A stretch of DNA of 64,000 nucleotides. Source: a virus. Of this stretch, positions 18,561 through 27,834 are shown piece by piece. A program made the position numbers and the translations under genes. The stretch lies in the IMG/VR virus record IMGVR_UViG_3300001505_000001, one strand, 5' to 3'. Each line of letters begins with the position of its first letter. The stretch's first letter is position 1. The notes beneath the pieces were generated by a model that saw nothing but the letters and a program-made list of their open reading frames with translations, had not been told where the DNA came from and ran no database searches.

Positions 18561-19556
18561 ATGGAGGTTATTATAATGGAAAGAAACAATATTTATAGTG
18601 AAGAAATATATAAAAAAGTAAATGATGAATCAAAAGAGCTTTTAAATGATTATATATTAGAGTTAAAGGTTCGTAATCGAGCAGAAAAGACAATTACACA
18701 ATATGAATTTGATTGTAAAATGTTTATGTGTTATGTTTATGATAACATGAACAACAAATCATTACTTGATTTAAAACGCCGAGATTTTAGGAATTTCTTT
18801 TTATTCTTAAAAGAGAGTGGAAAATCAGCAGCAAGAATCAACCGTGTTCAATCTTCAATAAGAAATCTCTTACAGTTTGCCGAAGACGACGAAGAAATAT
18901 ACGAAGATTATGAAGTTAATCCTATGAGAAAAATTAAATCAGTTGAGAAAGAACCTGTTAGAGAGATTGTGTTCTTAACAGATGAACAAGTTACTTATTT
19001 AATTGATTATTTATTAGAGAAAGGTAAAACACAAAAAGCATTGTTTGTTAGTTTTGCTTATGATAGCGTAGCTCGTAGAAATGAAATATCACAAGTTCAA
19101 AAATATAGTTTCCAAGACACAACTAAATCAAGCACTAACGAAGTTGTGGGTAAACGTGGAAAGAGATTTAAGTTAATGTATTCTCAGCGTACTAAAGACC
19201 TTGCTAAAGAATGGCTGGCTGAACGTGGAGAAGATGATGTTGATAGCTTGTGGATAAGTTACTATAATGGTAAACCACGTGCTATTGTATATGACACATT
19301 TTATTCTTGGGCTATATCATTTAGAAGTATATTAGAAGAAAAATACGATGTAGATTTACCATTAAATGCTCACTCGTTCCGTCATAGTGGAGCTGAGAAT
19401 TATGAAAATGGTACACATAGCTCATTACAATTTATGGGTAAAGATAGCTTAAACATAAACGAACTAAAAATATTAATGAATCATGAAAGTATTGATATTA
19501 CTAATAGTTATTTAAGAAATAAAGACCAAGAAATATTGGAAAATTTATTCTCATAA
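18561..19556 (+). CDS. Tyrosine recombinase / phage integrase family protein
   Basis: RBS AGGGGG. C-terminal catalytic motifs LNAHSFRHSGAENYENG (HxxR) and NSYLRN (Tyr); N-terminal SAM-like domain. Confidence 0.7.
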   Translation: MEVIIMERNNIYSEEIYKKVNDESKELLNDYILELKVRNRAEKTITQYEFDCKMFMCYVYDNMNNKSLLDLKRRDFRNFFLFLKESGKSAARINRVQSSIRNLLQFAEDDEEIYEDYEVNPMRKIKSVEKEPVREIVFLTDEQVTYLIDYLLEKGKTQKALFVSFAYDSVARRNEISQVQKYSFQDTTKSSTNEVVGKRGKRFKLMYSQRTKDLAKEWLAERGEDDVDSLWISYYNGKPRAIVYDTFYSWAISFRSILEEKYDVDLPLNAHSFRHSGAENYENGTHSSLQFMGKDSLNINELKILMNHESIDITNSYLRNKDQEILENLFS

Positions 19557-19557
19557 A

Positions 19558-19590
19558 AAACAAGACTACTGTAACAGTAGTCTTTATACA
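19558..19590. terminator. Bidirectional rho-independent terminator at the point of convergent transcription
   Basis: aaaaaacaagactactgt-aa-cagtagtctttatacat: 10-bp perfect stem with A-run on one side and T-rich tail on the other. It sits between the + recombinase gene and the - gene ending at 19593. Confidence 0.55.
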
Positions 19591-19592
19591 TA

Positions 19593-19913
19593 TTATTCTA
19601 GTTCTAAATAGGAGCCTATTATTTTAATATCTTTTGAATCGAAGTTAGCTAGACTTTCAACAATATTAGCATTCAATCCTCTAATATTAGCTACACCATC
19701 TATAATTTCATCAACGTAGAACATAAGACCATCAATTTCTAACATATCAAATGTAAATATATTATTATTATTCTTGTCCACTTTTCCTACTGTTACACAT
19801 GTAGTACAATGAATATTGTGATGTAGTCTACCAAAATTCCATTTATCATCATCAATAAGTTCTGCATTGTGATACATTATTTTATTAGCATTATCCCAAA
19901 TTTTAAATTCCAT
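19593..19913 (-). CDS. YopX-like phage protein
   Basis: N-terminus MEFKIWDNANKIMYH matches the YopX family start (M.EIKFRAWDK..KKMIY). Confidence 0.4.
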   Translation of the reverse strand: MEFKIWDNANKIMYHNAELIDDDKWNFGRLHHNIHCTTCVTVGKVDKNNNNIFTFDMLEIDGLMFYVDEIIDGVANIRGLNANIVESLANFDSKDIKIIGSYLELE

Positions 19914-20144
19914 TCATTCATCAACCTTTTCTAATTTTACTTTAGATAATACAGAATAATCTACTTCTCCTAGTTCAACTAAATCTAATAACATTTCGTC
20001 ATAAGATACATTGTTCATTATATATGAATACCTTTTAGCAATGAATTTTCTTAGTTGTTGAATAAATGTGTTAAATGACACTCTTCTATTTATTTGGTGG
20101 TGCAATTGAGCAAACCACTCTTTACTAGTTATTTGTTGCTCCAT
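19914..20144 (-). CDS. Hypothetical protein
   Basis: 76-aa ORF tightly packed with its neighbours. Confidence 0.35.
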   Translation of the reverse strand: MEQQITSKEWFAQLHHQINRRVSFNTFIQQLRKFIAKRYSYIMNNVSYDEMLLDLVELGEVDYSVLSKVKLEKVDE

Positions 20145-20428
20145 ACATCCTCCTTAAGTGAATAGTAGTCTTCTGATATATTGTTTAAAATATATTCTTT
20201 GATTAAATTATATTTTAAATTTTGATAACTATACCATCTTTCTAACATATCATAAGGGAAATAGATATAGTGTTTTTGTTTTGTTATCATATTGGTAATT
20301 TCAGCTTCTACCATATCTGGTAAATTATTATCTATTTCAGTTACTTTAAAATACTCAAAAGTCATTCTCTTTAGAATATTAGTGATTCTCTCTTTTATCA
20401 TTAATAAATTCCTCCGGATAACTTGCAA
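20129..20428 (-). CDS. Hypothetical protein
   Basis: 99-aa ORF, operon packing. Confidence 0.35.
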   Translation of the reverse strand: MQVIRRNLLMIKERITNILKRMTFEYFKVTEIDNNLPDMVEAEITNMITKQKHYIYFPYDMLERWYSYQNLKYNLIKEYILNNISEDYYSLKEDVWSNK

Positions 20429-20633
20429 TTGTTTTTACTGATGTTTCATATGGCGCTTTTAATGATAATGTTACTTGCGCTCCTAAAAATTCTTTATTTA
20501 AACTAGTGTAATGAGATTTAACATTTACATTTAACACTTTATATCGTGGATAATTTTCAACAAACTCATTTAATCTATCGTTTAATTCTAAAATATCATT
20601 ACCATATATTTCATCAATAATTATTTTTTCCAT
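20379..20633 (-). CDS. Hypothetical protein
   Basis: 84-aa ORF; the real start may be further downstream to avoid the overlap. Confidence 0.3.
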   Translation of the reverse strand: MEKIIIDEIYGNDILELNDRLNEFVENYPRYKVLNVNVKSHYTSLNKEFLGAQVTLSLKAPYETSVKTIASYPEEFINDKRENH

Positions 20634-20899
20634 TGTTTTTCCTCCTGTAAATTAACATCAATCTTAGTTGCCATATCTAATTTAATAAACATGCTTTGTA
20701 GTTCGAATTTAATTTTCTTTCCAATTATTTTGTTTTTTACTCCTTTTAATTTTCCTATTAAGGATATAGTTTCAAAAATCATATAACAAATATCATTATA
20801 ATCAGAAAGATATATGGCTTTTCTTTTTTTATTATAACATCTATTAAATTCAAAGTCAATCTGTCGTTTTAATTGTTTGATTTCTTCTAATAGCTCCAT
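20621..20899 (-). CDS. Hypothetical protein
   Basis: 92-aa ORF. Confidence 0.35.
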   Translation of the reverse strand: MELLEEIKQLKRQIDFEFNRCYNKKRKAIYLSDYNDICYMIFETISLIGKLKGVKNKIIGKKIKFELQSMFIKLDMATKIDVNLQEEKQWKK

Positions 20900-20902
20900 T
20901 TA

Positions 20903-21436
20903 TCATTCTCCTTTTATCTCATTACACATATATTGTAACATATCTTGACTGTCTGCGTCAAGTACAATATCAGCAAAATATGGAGCCGAAACAAATAAAT
21001 CTCTGTCAACTGATAATCTTCTATTTACTTCATCAATAGAATCTCCACGTTCTTTTGCTCTCTGTCTGATTAAATCTTCAGAAGCATTTATATAAACGGA
21101 GGTTACTAAACTCCCAAACTCATCTTTAATAGCTCTAAGACCTTCTGGGTCAGTTATAACTATTTTTTCTTGTATTGGAATTAAATCTTCTTTTTTCATT
21201 GCATAAATAAATGGTTCTTCTCTGTATTTAGTATAAAAATATCTATGTCCAAAGTATTGTGGATTTTCTAATTCTTTTGTTGAAACAAAATGATAATCTT
21301 TGCCATTAATTTCTCCATCTCTCATAGGTCTGTTGGTATATGTTGTTACTTGCTCAATTCCTGTAGATGTTACCAAATCTTTTACTAAAGTTGTTTTCCC
21401 ACTAAGTGTTTGTCCAACTATTGCATATATTTTCAT
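20903..21436 (-). CDS. Guanylate kinase-like nucleoside monophosphate kinase
   Basis: P-loop GQTLSGKTT and TTYTNRPMRDGEINGKDYHFVSTKELE (the GMK TTRxPRxGExxGxDYxFVS motif). Confidence 0.55.
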   Translation of the reverse strand: MKIYAIVGQTLSGKTTLVKDLVTSTGIEQVTTYTNRPMRDGEINGKDYHFVSTKELENPQYFGHRYFYTKYREEPFIYAMKKEDLIPIQEKIVITDPEGLRAIKDEFGSLVTSVYINASEDLIRQRAKERGDSIDEVNRRLSVDRDLFVSAPYFADIVLDADSQDMLQYMCNEIKGE

Positions 21437-21459
21437 AAATAACTTCCTCCTTTGATTAT

Positions 21460-21489
21460 ATTATATAATAAAAAGAAAAGTCCTGTCAA
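21460..21489 (-). promoter_or_regulatory. Sigma-A-type promoter (TTGACA-18-TATAAT) for the guanylate-kinase-like operon
   Basis: Minus strand reads TTGACAggacttttctttttattaTATAAT. Confidence 0.5.
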
Positions 21490-21494
21490 GGACT
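21479..21494 (-). terminator. Terminator hairpin after the Pnkp gene; its loop carries the -35 of the next promoter
   Basis: agtcc-tgtcaa-ggact; on the minus strand it is followed by ttttctttttatt. Confidence 0.45.
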
Positions 21495-23793
21495 AATCTT
21501 GTGTTTCTTTGTAATAATCATTTCTTAAAGTAATAATGTCATTCTCTAAACATTCTTTATCTTGTTGTTTCGCCCAATAGTAGAAATTAGTAAGCGTTTT
21601 GTCTTTTTGTAAAATCGCTTGAATAGGTCTTCTCTGTAAATTGCCTTTTGATAATGATTCTACTAAGCTACGCATATATTTCCAGTTATTATAATATGGT
21701 GTTTTATATTTTAACATAAAGCCACTATTATCCTCAAACACAAACCCCTCTATTGCAATTGAGCTGTCTCTTTCCAAATCTTTATAGAAATTAAACAAAT
21801 CATTCCAATTAGAGAAAGAAAAATGAGGTGTAGATATATTTTTATCAATACCAATAATATTTACTGCAACGTAAACAAGAGTTTCATTAAATAATTTGTT
21901 GAATTTAAGAGTATTATCAATAGCGTCTAATAAAACCACTCTTCTTTTACCTGCCTCATAGATAATATGTGGGTCATTAATGTTGTCTATTACCTCAAAC
22001 AGCAGTGTTCTATTCATGTCTTTTAAATACTCTTTTGCAGATTCAATTTGCTCATTATTCCATGTTTCTTCAACAATTTCTTTAAATAATAAAGCAAAAT
22101 CATTATCATATTGTGATAAATGAGTTCTTGATTTACTAGCATAAATTAACTTATCTCGATTACTATCATAAAACATTAATCCTAAGAATCCATTATATTT
22201 TAATGAAGCAGTAACTGGGAATTTTAAAGTGTCGGGCAAATTCTCTAAATTGGTCTCGGGTCTTTCATTAATATTGAAAAATTTATTATAACCTCTGCCA
22301 ACAATTTCATTCGTGCTTTCATCAATAAACAATCCTCTAGCAGTAACAGATAATTGATTCCAATGTTTTCTTTTAAATGCTCTTTTAGTGAAGTTCACAG
22401 ATACTACATTATCATATTGTGGAACTACTTTAATATATTTATCTTCTTTTGCAAGTCTTAAATACTCTTCAACTGTTAAATTGGTGTCAATATCTTTTGT
22501 ATAATCATTATTTAATAGAAATTTGGAATTAAATATTTCATTTTTAATTTCGTGTGGCGTTAAAGTATTATCACTATTAATTGTAACAGCTCTTAAGGAA
22601 CCACCTTTTTCAACTCTGCCTTCTAAATTGATAGATTGTTTTGTTATATTTAATGGTTCTCTATAAAGATTTCTGTGTCCATGAATTTGTATAGTGTCTG
22701 AATTTTCCCATTGTTCATCAATTTGATATTCATATCCACCTACGCCATTAATAATTTGATGTGTAGATACTAAATTAATATCATCTAACATATTAGGCAA
22801 AATACCACCATGATTAATCATATAGTATTGACCTTTGTAATTAAAGTATAACATTTGTTGTAAACTATGAACGATACGTCTTACTCTTTTTTGACTAACA
22901 CCATAATTCAAAAATTCTTTAAGAGTAGGAACAAACCCTCTAGCATGAAACAATTCTATTGCAGTATCAAAAAATGTTTCATTTGTAGTATTTGAATCGT
23001 CTAATGCGTTATTTAATTTTAGATATTTATCTTCATCTAAAAAAGCGTATCTTCTTAAATGTTTTTCATGATTACCTTCCAACAATACTACATTAGGTTG
23101 TTTGTAAATTAGTTCTAAATAGTCAAACATCTCTTTGGTTTCTAAACCTCTATCAAAGTAATCTCCAACAAAAATAAATAGTTCATTTGGATTATCAATA
23201 ATTTTTTGGTAACTTGCAAATTGATTAATTGCTGTAAAGCATGAGTGAATATCTCCAATAACATGTATTTTATCATAATTGTCGGTATCAAGGAAGTCTT
23301 TATCCCATTTAATCTCATTCATTAATTTATTTGGTTTAATTTCTGTAGCATAACTAGGGATATGTTCATGCTGTAATCTTTCATAAATATTATAAATTAC
23401 TTCTTCTGGAACTTTCTTTAACTCTTCTCTTTGGTTATTGCGTTCAATTAATGTGTCTAAATCTTGTTCAACAGTTACTACATAAGTACGATAACGATAT
23501 TTACGTGCTAATGTTTCATATTTTTTAATTAATTTTCCTGTAGAATGTGTAGCGTCAATAACAGTAAAATCCCCATTAATCATCCTTTCTTCAAGAATTT
23601 CCATTAGATTATCCCAAACTTGATTATCGTGTTTTTGTGAGATAACTCTCATTCCTTGTTCATTATACACAGGGCTTGTGTGCATTTGTCTAAGTTCATC
23701 TGGAGATATTGTGTATGGCTCTAAACCATTCTCCTTAATAAAAGTAGACTTACCAGCCCCTGGTACGCCTCTCATTAATACTAATTGTTTCAT
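21493..23793 (-). CDS. Pnkp-like polynucleotide kinase-phosphatase (RNA/DNA end-healing enzyme) with a C-terminal nucleotidyltransferase/ligase-like region
   Basis: Start moved to ATG at 23793 (RBS AAAGGAG); the track start 23829 lacks an RBS. P-loop GVPGAGKST. Calcineurin-type metallophosphatase motifs GDIHS, GDYFDRG and GNHE. C-terminal region with a KYNG lysine motif like the Pnkp ligase motif I. Domain order kinase-phosphatase-ligase as in bacterial Pnkp. Confidence 0.6.
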   Translation of the reverse strand: MKQLVLMRGVPGAGKSTFIKENGLEPYTISPDELRQMHTSPVYNEQGMRVISQKHDNQVWDNLMEILEERMINGDFTVIDATHSTGKLIKKYETLARKYRYRTYVVTVEQDLDTLIERNNQREELKKVPEEVIYNIYERLQHEHIPSYATEIKPNKLMNEIKWDKDFLDTDNYDKIHVIGDIHSCFTAINQFASYQKIIDNPNELFIFVGDYFDRGLETKEMFDYLELIYKQPNVVLLEGNHEKHLRRYAFLDEDKYLKLNNALDDSNTTNETFFDTAIELFHARGFVPTLKEFLNYGVSQKRVRRIVHSLQQMLYFNYKGQYYMINHGGILPNMLDDINLVSTHQIINGVGGYEYQIDEQWENSDTIQIHGHRNLYREPLNITKQSINLEGRVEKGGSLRAVTINSDNTLTPHEIKNEIFNSKFLLNNDYTKDIDTNLTVEEYLRLAKEDKYIKVVPQYDNVVSVNFTKRAFKRKHWNQLSVTARGLFIDESTNEIVGRGYNKFFNINERPETNLENLPDTLKFPVTASLKYNGFLGLMFYDSNRDKLIYASKSRTHLSQYDNDFALLFKEIVEETWNNEQIESAKEYLKDMNRTLLFEVIDNINDPHIIYEAGKRRVVLLDAIDNTLKFNKLFNETLVYVAVNIIGIDKNISTPHFSFSNWNDLFNFYKDLERDSSIAIEGFVFEDNSGFMLKYKTPYYNNWKYMRSLVESLSKGNLQRRPIQAILQKDKTLTNFYYWAKQQDKECLENDIITLRNDYYKETQD

Positions 23794-23806
23794 AATAATT
23801 TCTCCT

Positions 23807-24154
23807 TTATTTTTTAATGTATACATCATATTTAGTATCTAATTCTCTATAACCTGTTAGGAAATAGAGTTTACTTTTCTTTGATACTGTATATATTGTT
23901 TTCTTTACATAACTTTTATTACTCTCATGTACTTTCACATCAACAGAAGATACTGCTGCTGTCTCATTAAATTGTTCTGTTGAAATTACTGTGCTATTAC
24001 TTTCTCTTAAAGCTACTGCTTTAGGTAAATATAAAATGAGTATTAATGTTATAAAACCTACAGTAGCTAAAATATAAAATAAATTATTAGACCTAGTTAT
24101 ACCTATATAAAATGATACCACTGTTAAAACTAAAATAATAAAATTAAAAACCAT
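23807..24154 (-). CDS. Small membrane protein
   Basis: N-terminal TM helices MVFNFIILVLTVVSFYIGI...ATVGFITLILILYL. Confidence 0.4.
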   Translation of the reverse strand: MVFNFIILVLTVVSFYIGITRSNNLFYILATVGFITLILILYLPKAVALRESNSTVISTEQFNETAAVSSVDVKVHESNKSYVKKTIYTVSKKSKLYFLTGYRELDTKYDVYIKK

Positions 24155-24450
24155 TAATTTTCTCCTTGTTTAAAATATTCATTAGATAGAAATGCTAATT
24201 TTTTTATTTCTTTTCTATTGGTTAAACTTAAATGTTTCTTTTTGTTACCTTTTATAATGTCTATTTCATATAACCAACCATCAAAATACGGTTTACTCAA
24301 ATATTTCATTATTTCTCTTTCTAAATATATAGGATAATCCGCTTTAATGTATATACATTTTGAACTAGGTAAGTACATTGAATATCTAAGTTGTTGTTTA
24401 GTCTTTTTTTCTGGTATATCATTAAACCAGTTTACAATATGATGCCACAT
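24154..24450 (-). CDS. Hypothetical protein
   Basis: 98-aa ORF, overlapping stop/start with its neighbour. Confidence 0.35.
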   Translation of the reverse strand: MWHHIVNWFNDIPEKKTKQQLRYSMYLPSSKCIYIKADYPIYLEREIMKYLSKPYFDGWLYEIDIIKGNKKKHLSLTNRKEIKKLAFLSNEYFKQGEN

Positions 24451-24467
24451 TTATTATTTACACTCCT

Positions 24468-24668
24468 TTAAATTATTCTATTAGCTTTCTCTAATGCTAT
24501 CAACAATTCAGTCATTACATCTCTTTTTTCAGAATTAGAGACTGGTAAATCAAGGTATTCCTTAATAATTTTATGTGCTTGGACATAACTTAGGTCATCA
24601 ATACTTTCTGATTTACTTACTACTTTGTTTGCTTCATCATGTAAATTTTTAATTTGTTTATTATTCAT
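24468..24668 (-). CDS. Hypothetical small protein
   Basis: 66-aa ORF with RBS GGAGAA. Confidence 0.35.
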   Translation of the reverse strand: MNNKQIKNLHDEANKVVSKSESIDDLSYVQAHKIIKEYLDLPVSNSEKRDVMTELLIALEKANRII

Positions 24669-24745
24669 AATAAATTCTCCTTTATCCTTTTGTTATATTA
24701 TACTTTACGTTATACCTGTATATTTGTCAAGGTTTTTATCGTTGT

Positions 24746-25141
24746 TTATTTTAGATTGTCTATTGTTTCTTTAATTAAATAACCTTCTGGATTTGTTATT
24801 TCTTGAATACTCATAGGTATTCCTAGAATTACAGCACCTAGTAAAAGAAGAGTAAGAAAACCACTAACAATAAGAGCTATATAACCCAAATAAGTAGGGT
24901 CTACGTTTGAATTATAATCTTTTTCAAATAACATTGAAACATTACATTTAACACATTTTTTATAAGATTTATATAAAACAATCCACGATATAATTGTAAC
25001 AATTAAAATTGCTATAATAGATATTAAATCAAAAATCCCTTGCATAACGGTGTGTTTAATTAAACTTTCATATCCATGTGAACCAACTTTTTCTAACTTT
25101 TCCCCTAATTGATTAAAACTTTCTAATGTTTCTTTATTCAA
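24746..25141 (-). CDS. Membrane protein
   Basis: 131 aa; two long TM segments (IFDLISIIAILIVTIISWIVL; GYIALIVSGFLTLLLLGAVILGI). Confidence 0.4.
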   Translation of the reverse strand: MNKETLESFNQLGEKLEKVGSHGYESLIKHTVMQGIFDLISIIAILIVTIISWIVLYKSYKKCVKCNVSMLFEKDYNSNVDPTYLGYIALIVSGFLTLLLLGAVILGIPMSIQEITNPEGYLIKETIDNLK

Positions 25142-25151
25142 AATAATTACC

Positions 25152-25652
25152 TCACTTTTTTATTATGCTAATATCTAAAAAATCATTATCTCTTATTTTA
25201 CGGTTCTCAATATTAATATTTTTATTATTTTCAAGATTAATTTTATCTCCTGATTCTATGTTTTTACTGTGTCTAGAATTAATAACATACAATTCATTTT
25301 TAGTATCTTTAAAGTATATTTTTTGCTCTATTGCATCTCTATCATCTACTTTTGGTTTAAAGTTTTCTACTTCTGTTACTTTAGTATAGCCTTTTGTTTC
25401 ATAAATTTTATCTTTGACAAGTAAATAATTCATTGTTAAACCAAAGATAGTAACACCAAATACTAATGGAGGTATAACTATAGAATGAAGTATAAAAGAT
25501 GAAGATAATTTTATTTTTTCTACACTTAAAAAGAATATTGAAAAAACAATAACAGCAAATATAGATACAGTAATACCTGTTACAATAAGGTCAGCATTAA
25601 ATTTTTCTTTTAAAAACTCAAAATAACCTATATCTACTTTATTTATACTCAT
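25152..25652 (-). CDS. Membrane protein
   Basis: 166 aa; two N-terminal TM segments then a soluble domain. Confidence 0.4.
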   Translation of the reverse strand: MSINKVDIGYFEFLKEKFNADLIVTGITVSIFAVIVFSIFFLSVEKIKLSSSFILHSIVIPPLVFGVTIFGLTMNYLLVKDKIYETKGYTKVTEVENFKPKVDDRDAIEQKIYFKDTKNELYVINSRHSKNIESGDKINLENNKNINIENRKIRDNDFLDISIIKK

Positions 25653-25653
25653 A

Positions 25654-26136
25654 TTAAATCCCCTTTATACTTTTTAGTAACTCATTATACTCATAAACAT
25701 ATCCTTTAACTTTTGAATGTTCTAATAACGATACAATATAATTTGAACTAGACCCACTTTCAAAGTCTTCTGTTGAAACATCTGTATGATTAATTCTAAA
25801 ATCAGATAAATAGATGCGTTCTTTTCCACCTACTAAATCAACATTAACTACAGCTCTATTAATAATACTTGAAGCACTCTCTGAATCATTTATATTTAAA
25901 AGTACTTCATCTTCAAATTCAATAATTGCTTTATCATAAATTTCTTTATTATCTATATCGTTAACACCACTATAAAATAAAATATTTACATGGTCTGTAA
26001 CATCTGCAAGCATACCTGATTCTTCATCATAATTTAAATCTCCAGCAAGTACAGTACCATTAGGAAGTAAGCAAACATCACAGTAATCAATGAATTCTTT
26101 GTTCATTGTATTCCAAACTATATATTTAAAAGTCAT
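25654..26136 (-). CDS. Hypothetical protein
   Basis: 160-aa ORF. Confidence 0.35.
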   Translation of the reverse strand: MTFKYIVWNTMNKEFIDYCDVCLLPNGTVLAGDLNYDEESGMLADVTDHVNILFYSGVNDIDNKEIYDKAIIEFEDEVLLNINDSESASSIINRAVVNVDLVGGKERIYLSDFRINHTDVSTEDFESGSSSNYIVSLLEHSKVKGYVYEYNELLKSIKGI

Positions 26137-26160
26137 TTATATTTAACTCCTTTTTAATTA

Positions 26161-26361
26161 TTACTGATTAGGTAAACCAGCTTCTAGACATTCATTATAT
26201 GCTCTTTCGTTATCAATTTCTGTTCTATAATAATCAATGATTTGTCCTATTTCAAGATGTGTCATTCTATTAATTTCACTTGCTTTATATATTTCATCAT
26301 TTTTTAATCCGTATTCTTTTTGTAATCCTTGTACATACTTAATTTGTTTCTTTGTAGCCAT
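26161..26361 (-). CDS. Hypothetical small protein
   Basis: 66 aa. Confidence 0.35.
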   Translation of the reverse strand: MATKKQIKYVQGLQKEYGLKNDEIYKASEINRMTHLEIGQIIDYYRTEIDNERAYNECLEAGLPNQ

Positions 26362-26376
26362 TATAAACTACCTCCT

Positions 26377-26922
26377 TTACAAATTTAATTTGTTCATAAG
26401 TTTTTCGAAATCATTTAAACCATCTAATTTATCCATATTCTTAATATCTTGTTCTAAAATATTTAAAGTTCTTTCCACTGGTTGAGCTACATAGCTAAAA
26501 TCTTCTACTTCTTCTAATTTCTTGTAGCCATATTTATAAGCATCTATTTTTTCCTTTTTATACTTAAACCATATATCTTTATACTTATTATTTTCTTCTT
26601 TGTCATTATTTCTTTCATATAATAGTTCCTTAATGATTTGTTCATAGTCTAAAATTGAATAATCATTTGAAAAGCTAGTTAAAGAATCATTGTTGATTTC
26701 ATTAACATCTATATTTTTTGTTATTTCTAACCAATCTTCCTTACTCAATGTTGTGGTATATTCCCTGCTTTTATCTCCCATTGAATTTGGCGGCTCTATA
26801 ATATGACAAAATCTACAATCTTTATTCATACATACTAAATAAGTTACGCTTGTTGTCACACTTTCTACTTTATTATACCCACAATTAGGACAATAACTAT
26901 AATATCTTACCATTTTCATCAT
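26377..26922 (-). CDS. Zinc-ribbon protein
   Basis: N-terminal CPNCGY...C..KDCRFC four-Cys motif. Confidence 0.4.
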   Translation of the reverse strand: MMKMVRYYSYCPNCGYNKVESVTTSVTYLVCMNKDCRFCHIIEPPNSMGDKSREYTTTLSKEDWLEITKNIDVNEINNDSLTSFSNDYSILDYEQIIKELLYERNNDKEENNKYKDIWFKYKKEKIDAYKYGYKKLEEVEDFSYVAQPVERTLNILEQDIKNMDKLDGLNDFEKLMNKLNL

Positions 26923-27329
26923 TCCTTTATTGTTTTAATTATTATTACTATAACACCTATCACAATAATTGTCAATATAATATATAAAAATAATATTGGA
27001 TGAATAAAACATAGTGCTAATATTGAAAATATACAACCACCTAATATACCACACAACAATAACTTATACCATTTAACTTTTTCTTCTTGATTGAAATCAT
27101 TAAGAAAGATAATAACTATACTAAATACAGAAAAAAACCAAATCATAGCGGGTGTGGTTAAAATATATGATTGAATATTGAAATGGTTTAATATTAAACT
27201 AGGAAGTATTGCAATAAAAGATATTACACCAATTATAATAACAATTCCAGACAAAACTAATAACACTAATATTATAGGTAATAGTAAGTATTCCCACAAA
27301 TTTTTAAATAGTTTTTTAATAAAATTCAT
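26919..27329 (-). CDS. Polytopic membrane protein
   Basis: 136 aa, four hydrophobic helices. Confidence 0.4.
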   Translation of the reverse strand: MNFIKKLFKNLWEYLLLPIILVLLVLSGIVIIIGVISFIAILPSLILNHFNIQSYILTTPAMIWFFSVFSIVIIFLNDFNQEEKVKWYKLLLCGILGGCIFSILALCFIHPILFLYIILTIIVIGVIVIIIKTIKE

Positions 27330-27348
27330 TAATTTTTTCTCCTTTAAT

Positions 27349-27540
27349 TTATTTATATCCTATCATAAGAGATTGAGAAATAAAAGAAAATAAAGTAATA
27401 ACTTGTCTTTCAGTTAGGTCAGGGTGGGTAAAATTAATTTTATTAATATATTCAACTACATCATTAAAGCTATTAAACGTAATCCCATCTACATAAATTT
27501 CTTTCTCTACTAAACTTTCTAAAGCGTCTTCATAATACAT
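27349..27540 (-). CDS. Hypothetical small protein
   Basis: 63 aa. Confidence 0.3.
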   Translation of the reverse strand: MYYEDALESLVEKEIYVDGITFNSFNDVVEYINKINFTHPDLTERQVITLFSFISQSLMIGYK

Positions 27541-27568
27541 AATTAATTCCTCCTATAAAATTTATGTT

Positions 27569-27805
27569 TTAACCCGCATCATAATGGTTATCATTTAAAT
27601 CATAATCTGTATTTACAGGTCTAACTCTATCCCAGTCTATACTTGCTTTAAACTTAGGTCTAAAATCTCCATCTCCATCGGCATATATAGAAACTGTTCT
27701 TGATGCACCTAAATTACCTAAATATTCCATTTTATCTAACATTGACATAAAATCATTAACCCATCTTTCTTCCATTTCAACTTCAATTGTAAATTTCTTT
27801 TTCAT
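27569..27805 (-). CDS. Hypothetical small protein
   Basis: 78 aa with RBS. Confidence 0.35.
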   Translation of the reverse strand: MKKKFTIEVEMEERWVNDFMSMLDKMEYLGNLGASRTVSIYADGDGDFRPKFKASIDWDRVRPVNTDYDLNDNHYDAG

Positions 27806-27834
27806 AATATTTCCTCCTATATAAATTGTATGTT

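Noticed and set aside
18561-19556. Interpreting the tyrosine recombinase as evidence of a lysogeny module / prophage boundary
   Set aside because: No repressor, Cro, excisionase or attP-like repeats flank it. The surrounding 60 kb is typical of a large virulent phage. It is kept as a finding but not called an integration module.
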